Positions 58,185 to 64,000 of a stretch of 64,000 nucleotides of DNA are shown one piece after another. The notes below the pieces were generated by a model that made no database searches, had not been told where the DNA came from, and saw only the letters and a program-made list of their open reading frames with translations. How positions within the stretch are numbered: position 1 is the first letter of the stretch; each line of letters starts with the position of its first letter. Both the position numbers and the translations under genes were made by a program. The stretch lies in assembly GCA_963825865.1 (NCBI GenBank), contig CAWGVG010000033.1:1-64000 (forward strand), in the 5' to 3' direction. Source of the stretch: an uncultured Nitrososphaeraceae archaeon (GTDB lineage Archaea > Thermoproteota > Nitrososphaeria > Nitrososphaerales > Nitrososphaeraceae).

Positions 58185-59051
58185 TTATTCATTCAAAAGA
58201 TCTCTAGATCCTACCTCATTTTTCAAACCATAATAGCCAGCCAACCTATCCATATCTTTATTACTTATCTTACACTTATCATGTGCCAATTTCAAACAGT
58301 AAGGATACCCCGAAATACTATGAAAAGATAACCTATCTAATATTGTTTCAATTTCAGACTCACTGATGTTACCAATTGCAGTACCTGATATTTCAACCTT
58401 GATTATAGGTGTACATTCTTTTAACCTCGCGTATATTTCAATAACTTCGCAGTGTTGGATATACTGTTTATTTTCGAATGGAATACTAAACCCTGCAGAT
58501 TTCCCTATCTGATTAAAGTAGTAAATATCGGCAGCCTTCGCACCTAATGATCCAAACTGTGTTCTTGTATCTGAATTCTTTGATATGAATAGCACTTTCG
58601 GATACTTCTTAAGGATATCACTAATTTCCGATACATCACAAGGCTTATTTCTAACGAATCTCGAGATAAGAGACCCGTCAATAGAAATAATATCCACCTT
58701 TTCATTTTCGTCTTCTATTACGCGTTTTGCTACATTTAATTCCATTAAATTGGCTTTGGATTCTAAGGATTCACTTCTAACCGTATCTAGTCCATAATCC
58801 CATTCCCCATATTGAATTTCGCTTTTAGAATCGGCTGCAATTGCATCAACAATATAAAAATCAAGACCCTGAAAAGCCCTCTTGTTCCAACTGCTATCTA
58901 TTCCAACAGAAGTACAATGTTTTTGGTTTGGTTCATATTTAATCCAGCATGACGAGGCCGCATATATAACGTTCTGATAATTAACATCCTTGATTTGCGA
59001 TAATTTGATTTCTTTGCTACGTATGGCATCAATATATACGTCATGAAGCAT
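58185..59051 (-). CDS. nurA: NurA 5'-3' nuclease
   Basis: GIDSS, ISIDGSL, ISKNS and GYPYCL..AH..C.I motifs. Confidence 0.85.
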   Translation of the reverse strand: MLHDVYIDAIRSKEIKLSQIKDVNYQNVIYAASSCWIKYEPNQKHCTSVGIDSSWNKRAFQGLDFYIVDAIAADSKSEIQYGEWDYGLDTVRSESLESKANLMELNVAKRVIEDENEKVDIISIDGSLISRFVRNKPCDVSEISDILKKYPKVLFISKNSDTRTQFGSLGAKAADIYYFNQIGKSAGFSIPFENKQYIQHCEVIEIYARLKECTPIIKVEISGTAIGNISESEIETILDRLSFHSISGYPYCLKLAHDKCKISNKDMDRLAGYYGLKNEVGSRDLLNE

Positions 59052-59301
59052 TCATCTCGTAAATAGATACTGACTAAAAAGAGTAATCATGCTTTCTTAG
59101 TATCTAAAAATTAAGTTATAGAATCCCTTCTTTAACCTATGCTGTCTACAGCAAAAGACGGTATTTCTGAAATTACACAGATAACCTATTGTCGATGTAG
59201 AGACGCGCATCTACAGGCATTTGCTGATCATCCTCATGCCTACTGCTCACCTTCAGATATGGGTGATGATGCGAACATTATTCACAATGGCATAAACTGC
59301 A

Positions 59302-60256
59302 TCACCGCTCCTTACTATTCGCCGATCCTGCACCTTTCGTGTCTATTTCTAAATGGTATATTCCCATTATTTGTCTGATTGCTTTAACATATTTACTTGG
59401 ATGGTAGTAGACATCCATTACCATATCCTTTAGCATTTGTGAGTTTATTGTTCGAATTAAATTACTATTACTGCCAATACTAGAACCAAGATCTCTGTTG
59501 GCATCAACTAACTCGCTTTCAGTAACTATCCATGTGCTTTGTTCTTCTTTTCGCTTCCAAAATTTCTCACGTTCTAGATCATCTTTTTCCTTTTTTAATT
59601 TTTCTAATTCCTCTTTTAGTTGCAGGTTTTTATCGAACAATGGCCTGCTATTTTTAAATTCTTGCAGTAAATTTAGCGTTGCATCATAATTTTTCAACGC
59701 ATTTTGCTTGTCAACCTTTATCTGGTTTATTTCGCTTAGCAGATTATGTGCATTCTCTTCTAATTGTTTAATATAACTAGGCAACTCGTCAAGAGTAACA
59801 TCCAGTTTTTCCGCTGCCGCAATATATTTCCCTAACATGGTCGAAAAAATCCTTTACTGATAGGTTCTGTTTGAAACAAAAAACCTCCAGGCTTATTATT
59901 AGAGATTCGATTATTCTTTCTGTTTTATCATCGAATCCTTCGACTTCTTCTCCTTTTCTAATATCTAGCAACCATTCTTTTTCTTCAAGTACTTTTCTTA
60001 GTCTAACCAAAGGTGCAAATGTTTCTATATTCAACGCATTCTTTTTGAGGTTTACGGCGACTTCTCTCAATAGATCAATTTCAGGATCTTTTTTCCTACT
60101 TTCCTTAATTATATTACTTACAGTACCGGCCCCTATATGTGATTCACTTGCAACTTGATCTCTGGATTTGCCTTGAAGCCATTTTTTAATAACCTCAACT
60201 TTTATAGGGCTTGGTATTCTGGCACCCCTTTCGATGGGTATTAGCATAATTGCCAA
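59302..60256 (-). CDS. HTH plus coiled-coil protein (Nitrososphaeraceae-type), frameshift near 59830
   Basis: VIKKWLQG.SRD.VA....IGAGTVSNII HTH followed by a long coiled coil. Confidence 0.65.
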
Positions 60257-60451
60257 TAAAAAACAATATACGAGTTACAAAATTCATTCATTCAGCAAGA
60301 TGGTAAGATTGCTATACTGAGCCTAAAACGCATTTGACGGGCATTTGACGATATGAGTTGCAAGTTTCAGTCGTTATGGTTTCATCCTTGTTTCGTTGAT
60401 TGTACAACAATTTGGAATAGTCGGGCTTCATCTCGATTCGAAATTACAAAT

Positions 60452-61669
60452 TTACAAGACACTTGTAAGGGAAGGCATAACTCTACGGATAAGTCTATCG
60501 CCGACTACAATTCCCAGTATCCCCATTGTCATGGCTGGGATAACTACTAAAGGATATACGTATTTAATCATTCCAAAATAAATAGACACAGTAAGACTCG
60601 GCCAAACGGGCTGCTTTGTAAGCAACTCATTATAGGTATAAGTTATTAAGGGATACTGGAGCATGAAGAATGGTGCCCCTAAGAGTGCACCTGCAATAAA
60701 GACGTAGTATAATTTCTTAGTCGAAATTGACAGAATAACATCAGCTACTATCATTGGGATTATGTTAATTATGTAAAAGGGAAGAGTTGGCAGTAATGAT
60801 TCGTTTGGCATTATGACGGTCAATACGTTGATTATAAGGTACACCCCACCTGTTATCGAGACAATGCCAAATCTTCTTGTTAATCCAAACGACGAAAACA
60901 GAATAATGGATATCACAAACGGATAGCCCATAGTAGCAAAAATCACAGCTAAAGATGGCTCTGGATTAAAGGCGAAATATTTAGTATTCGAAAATGGCAA
61001 CGTAAACATGCCTACTATTCCAGAAGCTACTAACCATATTGGAAGCATTCCAATGATAGTTAAAAGCGTAGATCTAGAGTAATAATTGGACTTATTCAGT
61101 CCGGTCATAACAGAGGGAGGCTTATCTTTAATATTACTAATGTTATTTTTGTCATTATTCCTGCATTTTATTGTTCCCAGCATGGCACCAACGCTGCTCA
61201 TCGTCATTCCCATTAGCAAAACAAAGTGAGGAGGACTCAATAAGCCATCCAGACCAAATGCAGAGTGCCATGCAAAATCTACAGGTCCAGCGACTAACAG
61301 CGTCAAAATTCCAGCGAACACTAACTCGACAGGTCTATGTAGTTCTGGGTAATAATTAGCAGAACAGCGCCAACCATGGAACATAATTGCAGACCCCAGT
61401 AGCGCCAAAGCTATTCCTGTATACAATACAGCGTGTGGAGGTGCAAAAAAGGTTTCTGGTTTATTTAATAGGTGATTTGTAACGTCCCAACTACCTCCGC
61501 TAGCAGATAATAAGATTCCCAAACTTACTAAGACGCAACCCATGACAAATCTTGATTTGTAATCTGCCTGTAAGTAAGATGGTGCCAGTATAACATCGAC
61601 AGTATCATCTTCTTTGTTTTTGCTATTGGTGATTTCCACTAGTCTTTTAATAAAGTTCAATGCAATCAT
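60452..61669 (-). CDS. Polytopic membrane protein with two D-x3-H-x12-H motifs (AmoC/PmoC-like metal sites)
   Basis: Intact 405-aa ORF; WDVTNHLLNKPETFFAPPH and VDFAWHSAFGLDGLLSPPH. Confidence 0.7.
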   Translation of the reverse strand: MIALNFIKRLVEITNSKNKEDDTVDVILAPSYLQADYKSRFVMGCVLVSLGILLSASGGSWDVTNHLLNKPETFFAPPHAVLYTGIALALLGSAIMFHGWRCSANYYPELHRPVELVFAGILTLLVAGPVDFAWHSAFGLDGLLSPPHFVLLMGMTMSSVGAMLGTIKCRNNDKNNISNIKDKPPSVMTGLNKSNYYSRSTLLTIIGMLPIWLVASGIVGMFTLPFSNTKYFAFNPEPSLAVIFATMGYPFVISIILFSSFGLTRRFGIVSITGGVYLIINVLTVIMPNESLLPTLPFYIINIIPMIVADVILSISTKKLYYVFIAGALLGAPFFMLQYPLITYTYNELLTKQPVWPSLTVSIYFGMIKYVYPLVVIPAMTMGILGIVVGDRLIRRVMPSLTSVL

Positions 61670-62102
61670 CAGCCTTATCTGCTGTCTTAGGTATCATATC
61701 TACAATAATAATGACGTCTTTTTTAATCTTATCATTAAATCTTTGAATAGGTTAACATTGCCACTAATGCAAGCAAATTATAGTGATTAATAGATGATTT
61801 CCTTATTTTGTTGAATAGGGAAAAGAGGCAAATAGAAGTTTAAGAACAATAGACAACCTTAAGAGAAAGATGGATTCTTTACATCAATCATCATAACACG
61901 GGCGCTAAACTTAATAGATAAACATTAACAGTTGCAACTTCATATCGCATTTAAATTATAGTGAAAATTGTCTTGTCTACGAGGATTTGACTGATAGCCG
62001 TTGGCAAGATGAATAATAGTCATAATTTATTTCTACGTTAATTAAAAGTTATGGTGAGCAAGGTAACAAAAAATGGAAGATATAGTTTGAACGAAGCTTA
62101 TT

Positions 62103-62795
62103 CTACAGGATTATCACTTCGAATGGTCGTTTCTCTTTTAAGTATATTGACTGTCGTAAATAAGCATCGGTTACATTGATAGAATAAACATTCACAAATT
62201 CTCCTTGCTGATCTTTAATGCCTTCGCGTGGATAGTGCGATAATTGATTAGAGTAGGGCAAGGCAATAGTCTTTACAAATATGACGAATCTTCCTATCGT
62301 GTATGGTCTTACCTGGATCACGATATGATGAGTATCATGAGAATGCCAAGGTCTGTTATATGCCTCAATCAAAGGATATTTCGATCTAATAGGAATTTCA
62401 TTTTCCAAATATCCTGATCCTGATTCATCACCTTTTTTCACAATTATGGGCCTTTGATTAAAGTCAGATTCTTTTACCTGTGCAAAGCTATCTGTACTGG
62501 TAAGGTTTGGAAAAGCCACAGAGATAATCTGGAGGTCTGCAGAATTACCTTGATTGGATCCGATTAAAGATATTTCGAAGGGATTGCCAACTGGAACTTG
62601 TAATGGGGATATGTGGACGTTGGTTAGAATAGGTAGTGGTTTTGATCTGGACATTGAAAGATAAATCCTTGGAAGTACATGAATCGACAATGAAAAATAA
62701 ATTGCCAGAGAAGTAGCAATGGCTCCAACCAAGATAATATTTCCTGTACGGCCACTAAAAAAACGGAGGTTATGTTTTATGTTCACATCTGTCAA
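62103..62795 (-). CDS. Membrane-anchored protein with Ig-like beta domain
   Basis: N-terminal TM followed by a beta-rich domain; 230-aa ORF. Confidence 0.6.
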   Translation of the reverse strand: MTDVNIKHNLRFFSGRTGNIILVGAIATSLAIYFSLSIHVLPRIYLSMSRSKPLPILTNVHISPLQVPVGNPFEISLIGSNQGNSADLQIISVAFPNLTSTDSFAQVKESDFNQRPIIVKKGDESGSGYLENEIPIRSKYPLIEAYNRPWHSHDTHHIVIQVRPYTIGRFVIFVKTIALPYSNQLSHYPREGIKDQQGEFVNVYSINVTDAYLRQSIYLKEKRPFEVIIL

Positions 62796-63437
62796 TATGT
62801 CTCATCTTTCAACTTATATTTGTTGGAGTAAGTGATGGTCAAGACTTGGTATGTGAATTGATATGATATCAAGTCTACTTCCGTTTGAACGATTTGATAA
62901 GATGGGTAGATTAACAATACTAAATGCAGTAGTTTGCAAGCCCAATTAACAATGAACGAAACATATCCTGATCTAGTTTTTTTATATCCATTCATTGTTA
63001 TAATGATCGTATCCATTGTTAGGTAAAAATCAAATGACCATTATCACGATTAGGGATCACGCGCTCCCTATACAACAATGGCAATAATTAACAGGTATAA
63101 ATATTATGATAACATTGACCATCAATAACTTGGCTATTTCGCTTGTAGGTGGCAGCTATACTAAATTCTACTACCAAATTTTGATTAAAATGTGGTCGTC
63201 TACATCAGGAATCTATATTTAATTAGATCACTTGTAATGGATGTCCGGAACGATATATCCACAGAGATGAAAATTTCCCGTCCTTCATAAAACCAAATAA
63301 GAGATCGTTATTCCTGTAGCAATCTAATTATATAAAAAAAATTAATAATAATTAAATAGATGATTTTAGACTAAGTATTATGAAAAACCTATTTAATTTG
63401 ATATATTGTGAGAATGTGACGGTGGTAATTTACTAGA

Positions 63438-63620
63438 ATGGCTGACGGTCATTGTGACTGTATGGACTGCAAAGAGCCGATAGTAGGATGGATTCCTTTA
63501 CAAGCAGACAACAACATGATATCCGGAAGGTTTGACCTCTGTGCAATGCATAAGGAGAAGTTTATACAGGAAGAATGGAGCAAGGGCGGTATGAGGGATA
63601 GTAGGATAGGTACAGAATAA
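63438..63620 (+). CDS. Small Cys/His-rich protein
   Basis: HCDCMDC...LCAMH; 60 aa. Confidence 0.45.
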   Translation: MADGHCDCMDCKEPIVGWIPLQADNNMISGRFDLCAMHKEKFIQEEWSKGGMRDSRIGTE

Positions 63621-63810
63621 CTAACAAATTTTTCAAAGTATATCAATGTGAAAAAGTATATCTGATTATGTATATAGCTGGTTCTACTTGGGATCAGATA
63701 AGAATATGTGTGTTAGATTTACCAGATTTCAGATTATGACAATAGGAAGATCTGCCTTCGTATTCACCAAACAATACGAATTTAACACCATTACGTTTTA
63801 GTAAGTAGTA

Positions 63811-64000
63811 TTGATAAATAATATTATCGCCATTGTCGCAATCTCATTTATAACCGTTGGCAGCATCTGGGCCATCGGTAATTTTATGATCCCGCATAAA
63901 GGATCAATGTTAAAGAATATCAAAGGAATTTTATTAGTTGCACAAAATAATGCTTTCAATGGAACTAATCCTGATATCTATGCAACGGTAAATATTCCAA
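63811..64000 (+). CDS. 5' part of a membrane-anchored, possibly cupredoxin-like protein running off the window
   Basis: TTG start, TM segment, LVAQNNAFNGTNPDI; frame open to the window end. Confidence 0.45.
   Translation, partial: MINNIIAIVAISFITVGSIWAIGNFMIPHKGSMLKNIKGILLVAQNNAFNGTNPDIYATVNIP

Noticed and set aside
60452-61669. Calling the gene amoC
   Set aside because: Only the ligand spacing matches; length and remaining sequence differ from archaeal AmoC.
912-62795. Many short antisense or overlapping ORFs in the track (e.g. 2633..2872, 14218..14646, 27069..27446, 39278..39688, 57302..57637)
   Set aside because: They are shadows of well-supported genes on the other strand and have no motifs.
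1-64000. CRISPR array, tRNA or rRNA genes
   Set aside because: By eye I found no regularly spaced repeats, cloverleaf/T-loop motifs or GC-rich rRNA-like tract. A tRNAscan-SE/Infernal run would confirm.

Overview
AT-rich archaeal window with low coding density. The gene set (TFB, NurA, SelB-like, cren protein, cupredoxins, HTH/coiled-coil families) points to a soil ammonia-oxidising archaeon (Nitrososphaeraceae); this is inference. Many genes are split by 1-bp indels, most likely uncorrected long-read error, so I merged fragments into single calls. I saw no rRNA, tRNA or CRISPR array. Mobile DNA: two related IS630 elements with TIRs, TA duplications and -1 slippery sites (one interrupts a phospholipase C/acid phosphatase gene), a 214-bp MITE with an 8-bp TSD, and a tyrosine integrase relic. 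Best leads: (1) a lipoyl-domain protein with LbpA-type cysteines fused to TusA, next to a decayed rhodanese gene (possible sulfur relay); (2) a membrane protein with two AmoC/PmoC-type D-x3-H-x12-H metal motifs; (3) two AlgG-like beta-helix proteins, one in a putative EPS-modification cluster; (4) a stress/desiccation cluster (dodecin, LEA-like protein, three YsnF/AvaK genes); (5) an HD-GNAT fusion; (6) an unannotated 48-aa peptide with a double-glycine-leader-like motif. All family calls come from motif recognition, not database searches.
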